A stretch of DNA of 64,000 nt from Spirochaetales bacterium (GTDB lineage: Bacteria > Spirochaetota > Spirochaetia > JABEVK01): assembly GCA_037142615.1 (NCBI GenBank), contig JBAXAI010000010.1, positions 32,001 to 96,000 of the forward strand, given 5' to 3'. The translations under genes were made by a program, and so were the position numbers. Numbering within the stretch: the first letter of the stretch is position 1; each line of letters starts with the position of its first letter. The notes beneath the pieces are model-generated. The model saw only the letters and a program-made list of their open reading frames with translations. It was not told the DNA's origin and did not search any database. This document shows, piece after piece, positions 19,680-28,661 of this stretch.

Positions 19680-21096
19680 GGGTGAACCCCATTCCCAGCA
19701 ACTTGGCCAGTTTTTCGAGCTGGTCGGCGATGTGGCCGACACCGATGGCGGTGTGGTGCGCGGGGCCGGCGTTCGACCACGCGTTGATGAACCCCCGCGC
19801 TCCGAGTGCGAAACGATAGCGGCTGTTGGTGTTGCCAATCTGCAACGTGGGACCGGCGACCGATTCACCCTCGGCGCAGAGCAAGCTCACCACGCCGTGG
19901 CGGCCTTCGACCACCGACAGCAGGGTGACCGGGCCGTGTTTGACGCTCATTTGGATGGAAAGGCCTTTGCCGGGCTTGCCGTGATAAATGGGCAACGGCA
20001 CCAAGCCGACCGGGCCTTCGGCAATGGCGGCGTGAGCCGGACCGTCGTGGCCCCACAGCACCACGTCGTCGACAAAGTCGGCCAGGTAGAACTCGCTGAA
20101 CGAACCGCCAACGCCGAACAGGTCGAGGATTTTCATCGCGATCACGTTCTTCACCTCGCACTCGCCGGCGACGGGAACATGGTGTGCCGTGAGCAAGGTG
20201 TTGCCGGGAATCACCGAGGTGACGAGGTTCTCGCTGGTGTTGCCGGTAGTGCCTTCGTAGTAATAAGCCATGGCGTCAAGCCGATGGGTGGCCACCAGCT
20301 TGTCGAGCGCCACCGAGGTCTTGGCCGCGCGGTCGAGCTCGTAGTTGTCGCATTCGTTGGACACCGCGAACTCGCTGGCAAAGGCCTGGCGCTTGGTGGC
20401 GATGTCGCCCGTGCCGACCAGGGTCCACAGCGCCTGCAGCTGGTCGATTTCGAGCAGCTCGAAGTGGCAGCCGAACACGCTGGCCAAGTTGGTGACGTCG
20501 GTGTAGACGTCGAGCATGCCGCAGTAGTAGTGGCCCAAAATGCCCACGCGGGAATCGCGAAGGGCGGCGCGCACCTTCACGGCGGCGGTCCACTCAGCGA
20601 TTTGCCGCCAGGCGTAGGGTTCGTCGAGGTAGCCCGTGATCAGATGGAACTCGATGCCGGCGCGGCGGAACACGGCGGCGATCTCGGGGGCCGAGCAGGC
20701 TTGGCAGTGCGCCAGCCATTCGCCGGTCATCTTGCCGCGATCGCCCAGGGCGTTGAACTTGGCGTAGTCGAGTTGGGCCACCGGTTGCAGGTTCAGCACG
20801 ATCACCGGCACGCCGGCCTTCTGCACCACGGGGAGCACGGTGTGGCTCAGCGCGTAGGTGGAAATGAACAGGAAAATGACCTCGACGTTCTGTTTGCGGA
20901 ACTCGTCGCCGGCATCGCGGGCAACGTCGGGGGTGTCGATCAGCCCCAGGTCGCACACCTCGACGCCCAGCTTAACAAGACCGCTGGAGATCCGGGCCTG
21001 ATACCCGACCAACTTGTCTTTGAGCCCTTCAAACTGACTCCAATACGTGTCGAGGCCGATCCCAAAGAGTCCCACCCGCGTCAAACTTCGTTTCAT
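19672..21096 (-). CDS. L-fucose/L-arabinose isomerase family protein of unknown substrate
   Basis: [25 protein letters not shown] metal-binding pattern of the FucI/AraA fold. Confidence 0.8.
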   Translation of the reverse strand: MKRSLTRVGLFGIGLDTYWSQFEGLKDKLVGYQARISSGLVKLGVEVCDLGLIDTPDVARDAGDEFRKQNVEVIFLFISTYALSHTVLPVVQKAGVPVIVLNLQPVAQLDYAKFNALGDRGKMTGEWLAHCQACSAPEIAAVFRRAGIEFHLITGYLDEPYAWRQIAEWTAAVKVRAALRDSRVGILGHYYCGMLDVYTDVTNLASVFGCHFELLEIDQLQALWTLVGTGDIATKRQAFASEFAVSNECDNYELDRAAKTSVALDKLVATHRLDAMAYYYEGTTGNTSENLVTSVIPGNTLLTAHHVPVAGECEVKNVIAMKILDLFGVGGSFSEFYLADFVDDVVLWGHDGPAHAAIAEGPVGLVPLPIYHGKPGKGLSIQMSVKHGPVTLLSVVEGRHGVVSLLCAEGESVAGPTLQIGNTNSRYRFALGARGFINAWSNAGPAHHTAIGVGHIADQLEKLAKLLGMGFTRV

Positions 21097-21102
21097 GCTG
21101 AC

Positions 21103-21161
21103 ATCTTGGACCTGTTTTGGCGGGGCGTGAATGGACAAAACCCGGGCAAGTGATGGACAAT
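21103..21161 (-). promoter_or_regulatory. AraC-activated promoter of the isomerase-rhaTPQS operon
   Basis: ATTGTCCATC-N12-TTTGTCCATT-N21-CAAGAT-N6-ATG. Confidence 0.65.
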
Positions 21162-21167
21162 CGGCCC

Positions 21168-22058
21168 ATGTCGGACTGCGATTTCGCCTACCTGACCCAC
21201 AGCATCGAAGACGAAAACTGGCAAATGGTCTGTACCGACGCGGGTTGGAGCCGGATTCCCCCGGGTGGGGTTTACCCGCCGCGGCTGGACGACCATCCTG
21301 CGGGCTTCCGTCCCGTCTCGCTGGGGCGGCGCATCAATGAATACCAGATGGTGTACATCCTCGAAGGCCGTGGTCACCTCGAAATGGACGACATCGAGTA
21401 CCCGATCGAGGCGGGAACCCTGTTTCTGCTGTTCCCTGACATCCGGCATGCCTACCGGCCCGACCCGGCTACCGGCTGGACCGAGAACTGGGTGGGCATC
21501 ACCGGGCCGCACATGGACGACCTGCTCGAAGGCGGCATCATTTCGCCGTCGCGGCCGGTGTACCATCCGGGCTACCAGCACAACCTCGTCGAGGGGTTTC
21601 AGTACATTTTCGGCCAAGTGAAGCAGCAGGCGCCGCTGTATCAGTTTCGGGTGTGCGCCGAGGTGCTCAAACTGCTGGCCGAGACCCTGAGCCAGGAACG
21701 CCTGTCGGTGCAGCAGACCAAGGCCAACGAGATCGTGTCGCACGCCAAACGCTACATCGAGTCGAACATCCAGACGGTGTTTGATCTGGAAAGCCTGGCC
21801 GCCGAAGTCGGTTTGTCGCTGACGCACATCGCCGAGGTGTTCAAGGGCTACACAGGCATGACGCCCTACCAGTACGGCATCCACGTCAAGATCAACCGCG
21901 CGAAAGAGATCTTGGCCAGCGGTGAAAGCTCGGTCAAAGAAATCGCGTGGCAAGTTGGCTTCGAAGACCAGTTCTACTTTTCGCGCCTGTTCAAGAAGAA
22001 GACAGGCTATAGCCCCAGTCAGTGGATGTTGATGCAAACCCCGGGAGCGACTTCATGA
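21168..22058 (+). CDS. AraC family transcriptional regulator
   Basis: N-terminal cupin domain; C-terminal FKGYTGMTP...[28 protein letters not shown]. Confidence 0.93.
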   Translation: MSDCDFAYLTHSIEDENWQMVCTDAGWSRIPPGGVYPPRLDDHPAGFRPVSLGRRINEYQMVYILEGRGHLEMDDIEYPIEAGTLFLLFPDIRHAYRPDPATGWTENWVGITGPHMDDLLEGGIISPSRPVYHPGYQHNLVEGFQYIFGQVKQQAPLYQFRVCAEVLKLLAETLSQERLSVQQTKANEIVSHAKRYIESNIQTVFDLESLAAEVGLSLTHIAEVFKGYTGMTPYQYGIHVKINRAKEILASGESSVKEIAWQVGFEDQFYFSRLFKKKTGYSPSQWMLMQTPGATS

Positions 22059-22600
22059 GAGTTTTGCTTGAGCACGCGCAGGGCCTGCTGGTCGATGTGC
22101 AGGAACGCCTTTTGCCCGCGATGGACGATGCGCCGGGTCTGCTCGCGCGGACGGTTCGGCTGGTGAAGGGCCTGCAAATGTTCGGGGTGGGCATCACCGT
22201 GTCAGAGCAGTACCCCAAGGGCCTGGGCCCCACCGTGCCCGAACTCGCGGCCCTGTTAAGCGGCCCCAAGCTGGCCAAACGCAGCTTCAGTTGCTTCGAC
22301 GACGAAGGGTTGAAGGGGGCCTTGGCGGCGGCGGGTCGTCCAACGGTGATACTTTTTGGCATCGAGGCACACGTGTGCCTGCTGCAGACCGCGCTCGACC
22401 TGGCCGCCGCCGGGTACCACCCGGTGGTGATCGCCGATGCCGTGGCCAGCCGGCGCACCAGCGACCGCGACCTGGCCCTGGCCCGCCTTCGTGCCGAAGG
22501 CATCACGGTCACCAGCAGCGAGTCGCTTCTGTTCGAACTCTGCCGCACCGCCGACCACCCTCAGTTCAAAGCCCTTTCGAACCTCGTTAAGGCCCCCTAA
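22055..22600 (+). CDS. Isochorismatase family cysteine hydrolase
   Basis: LLVDVQERL, EQYPKGLG, K..FSC, GIEAHVC. Confidence 0.9.
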   Translation: MRVLLEHAQGLLVDVQERLLPAMDDAPGLLARTVRLVKGLQMFGVGITVSEQYPKGLGPTVPELAALLSGPKLAKRSFSCFDDEGLKGALAAAGRPTVILFGIEAHVCLLQTALDLAAAGYHPVVIADAVASRRTSDRDLALARLRAEGITVTSSESLLFELCRTADHPQFKALSNLVKAP

Positions 22601-22716
22601 GCTACCGCAGCCCACGGGGCCCCGCTTCGGAGCCGGCAGGACCTCACTAGTCCTCGGCAGTAACCTGCGGGATCGTTCGGCCCTACCGGCTCCGGCGCCC
22701 CATGGACCGCGGTAGC
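22601..22716 (-). repeat. 116-nt rod-like palindrome filling a convergent intergenic gap
   Basis: GCTACCGC/GCGGTAGC, GGGGC/GCCCC, GGAGCCGG/CCGGCTCC and further stems. Confidence 0.75.
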
Positions 22717-24231
22717 CTACAGTTTGTACAGTTCGCCGTACTTCGTCTTGAGGTAACTGATGTAGGGCCCAATCGTCATCGGCGCTCCGGTGGCTCGCTG
22801 CACGAGTTCGGCTGCCGTGAACTTGCGACCGTGGCGGTACAGGTTGTCGCCCAGCCAGCCTTTGAGTCCGGCAAACTCGCCGGTTTTCAGCTGAGCCGGG
22901 ATGCCCGGCTGGGCCTTCACGGCCGCATTGTAAAACTGAGCGCTGAGGATGTTGCCCAGCGTGTAGCCTTGGAACGCGCCGCCAATGGCCCCAAAAAACC
23001 AATGCACGTCCTGCAGGCAGCCGTTGCCCACATTGGGCACCTTCAGCCCAAAGTCGCTTTCAAAGCGGGCGTTCCAGGCCTCGGGCAGGTCGGCAATTTG
23101 GAGCTTGCCTTCGAGCATTTGCAGTTCGAGGTCGAAGCGGAGCATGACGTGCAGGTTGTAGGTCACCTCGTCGGCGTCGGTGCGGATGAGCGAGCGGCTC
23201 ACCTTGTTGATGCCCCGGTAGAAGAGCTCCAGGTCGACCTTGCCCAGTTGGGTGGGGAACACAGCCTGCAACTTCGGGTAGAAGTGCTCCCAGAACCCAC
23301 GGCTGCGGCCCACCAGGTTTTCCCAGGTGCGCGACTGGCTTTCGTGAACGCCCGACGAGGTGCCACCGGCCAGCGGGGTGCCTTCGTAGCCCCGGTCAAT
23401 CCCCTGCTCGTACATGGCGTGGCCTGCCTCGTGAATGTTGCTGAACAGCGCCTCGCCGAGGTAGGTCTCGCTGACGCGGGTGGTGATGCGCACGTCCCCC
23501 AACGAGAACTTGGTCATAAACGGGTGGTGGGTCTTGTCGATGCGACCCCGCGAAAAGTCGTAGCCGAGCTCGCGGACCACAGCCTCGCCAAACTTCAGCT
23601 GGTCGGCCTCGGGGTAGTGCAGCCGCAGGAACGAGTCGTCGGCCTCGGGCTGCGACGTGATGGCCTTGACGAGGGGCACCAACTGGGAGCGCAACTCGGC
23701 GAACAGCGTCTTCACGCTCGAGGCCTTCATGCCGTAGTCGGAAAAGTCGATGAGCGGGTCGGCAATGTGCTCGTACCCGGGGAAGAAGTCTGCGAGCCGG
23801 CGGCTGAGGTCCAGGGTCTTCTCGAGGATGGGCGTCATGCGGGCAAAGTCGTTGGCGGGGCGCGCCTCGGCCCAGGCCATGTAGCTCAAGGAGCCGTGCT
23901 CGTTGATTTCGGACAGGAACGCCGGGGGAATGCGGGTGGCCTGTTCGTAGTCACGGCGGGTGACGCGGATCAGGCTGGCGTCATCGTGCTCGAACGGCAG
24001 GCCCTCTTCGTAGGGGCGCAGCTTGTCGAGCAGGCGCCCCACTTCGACGTCGATGAGCCTTTCCTGCGCGATGCGGGCCAAGGTGGCCATCTGGCGGCCC
24101 CGGGCTTCGGCGCCCCCGGCGGGCATGTAGGTGGATTGGTCCCACCCAAGCACGGCACCGGCCATGTTGAGGTCGTTCACTTCCGCGAGGCGGAGTTTGA
24201 GGTTTGCAAGGAGTTTTTCGGTGTTTGCCAT
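22717..24231 (-). CDS. Carboxypeptidase Taq family (M32)
   Basis: HPF, DVRITTR, HEAGH (HExxH), HESQ, IRTDAD, QDVHW. Confidence 0.95.
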   Translation of the reverse strand: MANTEKLLANLKLRLAEVNDLNMAGAVLGWDQSTYMPAGGAEARGRQMATLARIAQERLIDVEVGRLLDKLRPYEEGLPFEHDDASLIRVTRRDYEQATRIPPAFLSEINEHGSLSYMAWAEARPANDFARMTPILEKTLDLSRRLADFFPGYEHIADPLIDFSDYGMKASSVKTLFAELRSQLVPLVKAITSQPEADDSFLRLHYPEADQLKFGEAVVRELGYDFSRGRIDKTHHPFMTKFSLGDVRITTRVSETYLGEALFSNIHEAGHAMYEQGIDRGYEGTPLAGGTSSGVHESQSRTWENLVGRSRGFWEHFYPKLQAVFPTQLGKVDLELFYRGINKVSRSLIRTDADEVTYNLHVMLRFDLELQMLEGKLQIADLPEAWNARFESDFGLKVPNVGNGCLQDVHWFFGAIGGAFQGYTLGNILSAQFYNAAVKAQPGIPAQLKTGEFAGLKGWLGDNLYRHGRKFTAAELVQRATGAPMTIGPYISYLKTKYGELYKL

Positions 24232-24237
24232 TCGCCA

Positions 24238-24266
24238 AGCTTCGAACGCCGCGATGGCGGTGTCAA
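24238..24266 (-). promoter_or_regulatory. Sigma70 promoter, leaderless start of the M32 gene
   Basis: TTGACA-N17-GAAGCT-N6-ATG; no SD. Confidence 0.65.
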
Positions 24267-24290
24267 GCGGGCCAGACCAACCAGCAGGGC

Positions 24291-25166
24291 TTAGCGCCCC
24301 CAGCGCGAGGGGGGAGTGCCGGTCTTCTTTTTGAACAGGCGCGAAAAGTGGAACTCACTTTCGAACCCGAGGTGGAACGCCGTCTCTTTGACCGACTTGC
24401 CCGACACCAGCCAGCCTTTTCCGTGATTGATCTTCAGATTGAGCCAATACTGATGCGGCGTCTGCCCGGTGTACTGGCGAAACAACGACGTGAAGGCCAC
24501 GTACGACAGACCCAGCTTGCGCGCCAAGTCGGCCAAGTCAACGTCGTGGTCGGTGAGGTGCTCTTCGAACACCAGCTTGGCCTTGCCGACGATTTCCGAG
24601 GTGCCATCGGGGATGTTCTGTGCGCGGCGGGCGGCAACCAACCGCGAAAGCAGCAGCACGACCCGGCTGGCAGCGACCAACCGGTAGCCGGGCGGTTCGG
24701 CCGCCACCTCGTCGAGCAACTGTCGGAAGTCATTGACAGCCGAAGGGTCAAAAGCGCCGGGGTAAACCGGGTCGTCGGGCGAAAAAAAGCCCTTCTTGAC
24801 CAGCAAGTCGGGCAAGACGCCGCGAAACCCGACCCAGTACTCGGTCCAGCCCGTGGCCGGGTCGGGCGCATAGGTGTGCGTCACCCCGGGAAACAGCAGG
24901 AACGCCGTGCCCGCCTGCACCGGGTACACTTTTTTGCCCACGGTGAGCGAGCCTTGGCCTTCGCTGATGCACAGCAACTGGTACTCTGACAGGGTGCGGC
25001 CCTCGCGCAAGGTTTCGGCGTAGCCGGGCGGATGTTCGCCCAACACCGGGTACGGCGCCCCGGGAGCCACCGCCACGTGGCCCACATCGACGCAGCCAAT
25101 CTGCCAGCCGTCGTCGGTCTCGCTCGAGGTCAGGTAACGGATGAGTTTTGCGCCGCTTTTGGCCAT
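24291..25166 (-). CDS. AraC family regulator (probable rhamnose regulon activator)
   Basis: Paralog of 21168-22058; divergent from rhaB; starts MAKSGAKLIRYLT. Confidence 0.9.
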   Translation of the reverse strand: MAKSGAKLIRYLTSSETDDGWQIGCVDVGHVAVAPGAPYPVLGEHPPGYAETLREGRTLSEYQLLCISEGQGSLTVGKKVYPVQAGTAFLLFPGVTHTYAPDPATGWTEYWVGFRGVLPDLLVKKGFFSPDDPVYPGAFDPSAVNDFRQLLDEVAAEPPGYRLVAASRVVLLLSRLVAARRAQNIPDGTSEIVGKAKLVFEEHLTDHDVDLADLARKLGLSYVAFTSLFRQYTGQTPHQYWLNLKINHGKGWLVSGKSVKETAFHLGFESEFHFSRLFKKKTGTPPSRWGR

Positions 25167-25176
25167 GGCGAACCAT

Positions 25177-25235
25177 AACATGCATGACACCGGGGACGAA
25201 AGTGCATGGCGTTTTCGTGACAGTTGTGGTGAAAT
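25177..25235 (+). promoter_or_regulatory. AraC-activated rhaBM promoter
   Basis: AACATGCATG-N12-AAAGTGCATG-N21-TGAAAT. Confidence 0.7.
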
Positions 25236-25253
25236 GAGCACAGAGGTGAACCC

Positions 25254-26756
25254 ATGTCGAAAGATTCCACCCTTCTGGCCGTCGATTTGGGCGCCGGCAG
25301 CGGCCGCGTTCTTGCCGGACGTTTGCGTCAGGCTCCGAGCGGCAACCTGCTCGAAGTGCGCGAGGTGCATCGTTTCGAGTACCCGCTCAAGACGGTGGCG
25401 GGCCTGCTGCGCTGGGATTCGAACCTCATCGAGGCCGAAATCCGCAAAGGGGTGGCCCTCGTGGATGCCGACCAAAAGGTCGCCAGTTTGGGCATCGATT
25501 CGTGGGCAGTCGACTTTGTGCTCGTCGACGACGCCGGCCATCTGCTCGAACTCCCCCGCGCCTACCGCAACGAACACACGCGTGAGCAGGTGCCCGTGGT
25601 GCATCAGCTGCTGGGGGAGAGAGCGCTCTACCAGCGCTCGGGCATCCAGACACTGCACTTCAACACGATCTACCAGTTGGCGGCGTGGAAGGCGGCGAAT
25701 CCCGAATCGCTGACCCGGGCCCGGCGCTTTGCCATGATGCCCGACTGGCTGATCCACCGGTTGGGGGCCCCGCTGACAAACGAGACGACCAACGCGAGCA
25801 CCACCCAACTGCTCGACGCCCGCACGCGCGATTGGGACGACGCCAGCCTGAAGGCCCTCGGGCTGCCGCGCGACTGGTTTTCGGCCCCGGTGGCGCCTGG
25901 CACGGTGCTCGCCCCGCAGGTGTCGCTGGGCCACCACGCCTGCGCGCTCATCGCGCCCGCCACCCACGACACCGGCTCGGCCGTGGCGGCCATCCCTCTG
26001 GCCGACGAGAAGGCCGCCTACATCGCCACCGGCACCTGGTGCCTCATCGGCATCGAGTCGAAGGTCCCCGAAACCGGAGCGGCGGCCCAAGCCGCCAACT
26101 TCACCAACGAGGCAGGGGTCGACGGCACCTACCGTTTTTTGAAAAACTGCATGGGTCTGTGGCTGCTGCAACAGCTCAAAGCGACCTGGCCGGGCTGCCC
26201 CGACTTTGGTCCGCTGGTGGCCGCTGCCGCCGACGCCCCCCCGTTCGCCGCGTTGGTCGACGCCGACGACGCCGCGTTCTTTCAGCCCGCTTCGATGAAA
26301 GAGGAGCTGGAAGGTTGGTTTGCCCGCTCGCAGCAGAAAGCGCCCCCCGCCACGCCGGGAGCGTACGCCCGCGCCTGCATCGAGGGTCTGGTGCTGGCCT
26401 TTTGCAAAACGCTGGCCGAGATCGAGGCCATCCGCGGGCTCAGGCTTGAGCGGATTCACCTGGTGGGTGGCGGCTGCCGCAACACCCTTTTGTGCCAGTT
26501 GACGGCCGACGCCACGGGTTTGCCGGTGCTGGCTGGCCCGGTGGAAGGCAGCGCACTGGGCAACCTCATCGTGCAGGCGCGCTCGCTGGGGCTGGTCGCC
26601 AACCATCGGGAGGGCCGTGCGCTCGTCGACCGCTCCTTCCCCGTCACCGCCTACACGCCCCAGGCCGACCGGACCCCTTGGCTCAAAGCGGGGCAACAAC
26701 TCGAGGATCTGAAAAAGCTCGCTGCCCAAGCGAGCGAAGGAGTAAGTCATGCGTAG
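25254..26756 (+). CDS. rhaB: Rhamnulokinase
   Basis: AVDLGAGSGR, GIDSWAVDF, FNTIYQL, THDTGSAV, FTNEAG, KNCMGLW; adjacent to rhaM. Confidence 0.9.
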   Translation: MSKDSTLLAVDLGAGSGRVLAGRLRQAPSGNLLEVREVHRFEYPLKTVAGLLRWDSNLIEAEIRKGVALVDADQKVASLGIDSWAVDFVLVDDAGHLLELPRAYRNEHTREQVPVVHQLLGERALYQRSGIQTLHFNTIYQLAAWKAANPESLTRARRFAMMPDWLIHRLGAPLTNETTNASTTQLLDARTRDWDDASLKALGLPRDWFSAPVAPGTVLAPQVSLGHHACALIAPATHDTGSAVAAIPLADEKAAYIATGTWCLIGIESKVPETGAAAQAANFTNEAGVDGTYRFLKNCMGLWLLQQLKATWPGCPDFGPLVAAAADAPPFAALVDADDAAFFQPASMKEELEGWFARSQQKAPPATPGAYARACIEGLVLAFCKTLAEIEAIRGLRLERIHLVGGGCRNTLLCQLTADATGLPVLAGPVEGSALGNLIVQARSLGLVANHREGRALVDRSFPVTAYTPQADRTPWLKAGQQLEDLKKLAAQASEGVSHA

Positions 26757-27063
26757 AGCTGCATTTGTGATGTATCTGAAGCCGGGCTGCGAGGCCGAGT
26801 ACAAAAAGCGCCACGACGAAATCTGGCCCGAACTGATCCGGGAACTCGAAGACGCCGGGGTGAGCGACTATTCCATCTACCTCGAGCCCAAGACCAATAT
26901 ACTGTTCGCCTTCCAAAAGGTGAAAGACCACGATAGCAGCGGCAACCTGGCCAACACGGCCATCGTCAAAAAGTGGTGGGCCTACATGGGCGACCTGATG
27001 GCCACCAACCCCGACAACTCGCCGGTCGTCACAGACCTGCGGGAAGTCTTCCACATGGATTAG
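26749..27063 (+). CDS. rhaM: L-rhamnose mutarotase
   Basis: EYKKRHDEIWPEL, DYSIYL, KKWWAYM, NPDNSP, LREVFH. Confidence 0.95.
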   Translation: MRRAAFVMYLKPGCEAEYKKRHDEIWPELIRELEDAGVSDYSIYLEPKTNILFAFQKVKDHDSSGNLANTAIVKKWWAYMGDLMATNPDNSPVVTDLREVFHMD

Positions 27064-27206
27064 CCCGTCGCCGAGAGGCTACTGCGGCCGATTTCCACTT
27101 CGCGTCATCCTCCCTCAAATCCTCACGTATCCACGATACGCTTCGGTTTTCGGATCGGCGTGCCGCTCGCGGAAACGGGTCCTCGCTACGCCTCTCGGCG
27201 GCGGGC
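27063..27206 (-). repeat. ~144-bp palindromic repeat element (copy A)
   Basis: Terminal arms GCCCGTCGCCGAGAGGC / GCCTCTCGGCGGCGGGC; apical CGTATC-N3-GATACG; motifs shared with 48748-48893. Confidence 0.85.
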
Positions 27207-27207
27207 T

Positions 27208-27273
27208 CCCGCCGCCGAGAGGCTACTGCGGCCCATTTCCACTTCGCGTCATCCTCCCTCAAATCCTCAGGTA
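27208..27273 (-). repeat. Truncated second copy of the palindromic element
   Basis: Near-identical ~57-bp direct repeat of 27069-27125. Confidence 0.85.
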
Positions 27274-27530
27274 GTCGTTTCCCGCGTTAGGCCCACAGGG
27301 TTCCCGACGACCGGGTGCCCCAACAGGATGCCCTCGATGGAAAGGTCTTCGTCGAGAGCTTCCCAATGGAGACCGTGCCCGCCACCAATCAACTCCACCT
27401 GCAGGAGTTCGTCGCGGGTTGCATGCGCCAGTCGCGGCGAGTAGGCCAATGGAGTGCCCAGCTGGCGGCCATCTTCAAGCAAAATCCAGAAGTTGTCGGC
27501 GTCAAACCAGACCTTCGCAAGTGATTCGCG
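27267..27530 (-). pseudogene. DUF2442 (antitoxin-associated) gene remnant lacking its native start
   Basis: AKVWFDADNFWILLEDGRQLGTPLAYSPRL...GLHWEALDEDLSIEGILLG; in-frame TGA just upstream and no ATG. Confidence 0.7.
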
Positions 27531-27698
27531 TCAGGCGGACGAAGGGTAAGGCTCAAGCGAAGCCCGGAGGAGGCCGCCCGCGAAGCGGGGACGCCAAGAT
27601 TTTTCGAAGACTTCTGAAGCAAACCGCGTGAGGTTCGCCGGTTTCCCGGGAGGCGACGCGTACCGAGTTCCTGCAGTATTATTCGAAGGGGGTACACC

Positions 27699-27782
27699 AT
27701 GAGGGATGAGTACGACTTTACCAACGCCGAACGTGGTCGGTTCTTCCGCGAAGCCGCGATGCTGGCGTCTGTCGTCAACTAG
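27699..27782 (+). pseudogene. N-terminal fragment of a BrnA/CopG-type antitoxin
   Basis: MRDEYDFTNAERGRFFR then a stop after 27 aa; the EYDF start is typical of this antitoxin family. Confidence 0.55.
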
Positions 27783-28588
27783 CCAAACACATGCCCCGAG
27801 ATGGGCACACCCATCAGGTCCTGGTTGTGGTCGGTACGGCCGAGGTCTGTCCCCGCAGCACCGGCGGCCACAAACAATGGAATCAGGTGCTCGCTGCGCG
27901 GATGGCAGTCGCGGGCTCCGGGTGCCGACTCCCAAGCGATCAGGCGCTTGTTGCGCTCGGCGGTATCGGTCAGGGCGACGGTGGCGTTCAGCCAGTCGTC
28001 GAAGGCCTTGGCCGTTTGCGCCACGCGGGGATCGCCCGACATGAAGCCGCGCATGTTGTGGTAGCTCATGCCGCTGGCAATAATGAGCACGCCCTCGTCG
28101 CGAAGGGGTTCGAGCGCTGCACCCAGCTTGACGTGGTCGGCAGGGTCGAGCGAGCGAAGCAACGACAACTGGGCCACCGGAAGGTCGGCCTGGGGAAAGG
28201 CCACCATCATCGGAACAAAGGTGCCGTGGTCGTAGCCGCGCTCGGTCTCACGGCCGGGGCTAAAGCCGGCTGCCTTCAGCAGTTCCTCGACGCGGGCGGC
28301 CACAGCGGGGGCACCAGGCGCCGGCCACTTGAGCTGGTAAGTATGCGGCGGAAAGCCACCGTAGTCGTAGAGCATGCCGGGAGCCTTGCCAAAATGCACC
28401 GTCGGCTGGCGTTCTTCCCAATGGGCCGAGATCACCAGCAGCGCTTTGACGTCTTTGCGGAAGCGCTGACCCACTCCGACGAGCCAGGCTTCCAGTTCGT
28501 TGTAGGGAGCGGGATCGCCAAAGGCATCTTTCATGACATTCCAAGGGCCACCGCCGTGCGGCAGCGACAAAACGGGCAAGCGAGACAT
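27779..28588 (-). CDS. DODA/YgiD-type class III extradiol dioxygenase (LigB family)
   Basis: PHGGGP, ISAHWE, LYDYGGFP, GYDHG, SGMSYHN, HPRSEHLIPL. Confidence 0.9.
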   Translation of the reverse strand: MSRLPVLSLPHGGGPWNVMKDAFGDPAPYNELEAWLVGVGQRFRKDVKALLVISAHWEERQPTVHFGKAPGMLYDYGGFPPHTYQLKWPAPGAPAVAARVEELLKAAGFSPGRETERGYDHGTFVPMMVAFPQADLPVAQLSLLRSLDPADHVKLGAALEPLRDEGVLIIASGMSYHNMRGFMSGDPRVAQTAKAFDDWLNATVALTDTAERNKRLIAWESAPGARDCHPRSEHLIPLFVAAGAAGTDLGRTDHNQDLMGVPISGHVFG

Positions 28589-28600
28589 ACGAACCTCCTA

Positions 28601-28621
28601 GGTTACTTACTTAAAGTAACC
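28601..28621. promoter_or_regulatory. Palindromic operator GGTTACTT-N5-AAGTAACC upstream of the dioxygenase
   Basis: Perfect 8-bp inverted repeat containing TACT-N7-AGTA. Confidence 0.65.
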
Positions 28622-28661
28622 TTGTTCACGGAGAATGTCCAGTGCTGGTCGCGCGGGGCAC

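Noticed and set aside
22601-22716. SRP 4.5S RNA or hammerhead ribozyme
   Set aside because: Size and rod shape fit SRP, but the helix-8 CAGG-GNRA-AGCA motif is missing; the hammerhead CUGANGA/GAAA core is incomplete.
24291-26804. Apparent 837-aa AraC fusion (likewise 874-aa 35084-37708 and the extended starts of 40443, 41438, 42364, 48672, 53589, 58466)
   Set aside because: The extensions overlap real genes or repeats; homology and start signals begin at downstream codons.
27069-27269. Direct repeats as a possible CRISPR array
   Set aside because: Only two ~57-bp copies, explained by the palindromic element; no spacer series or cas genes.
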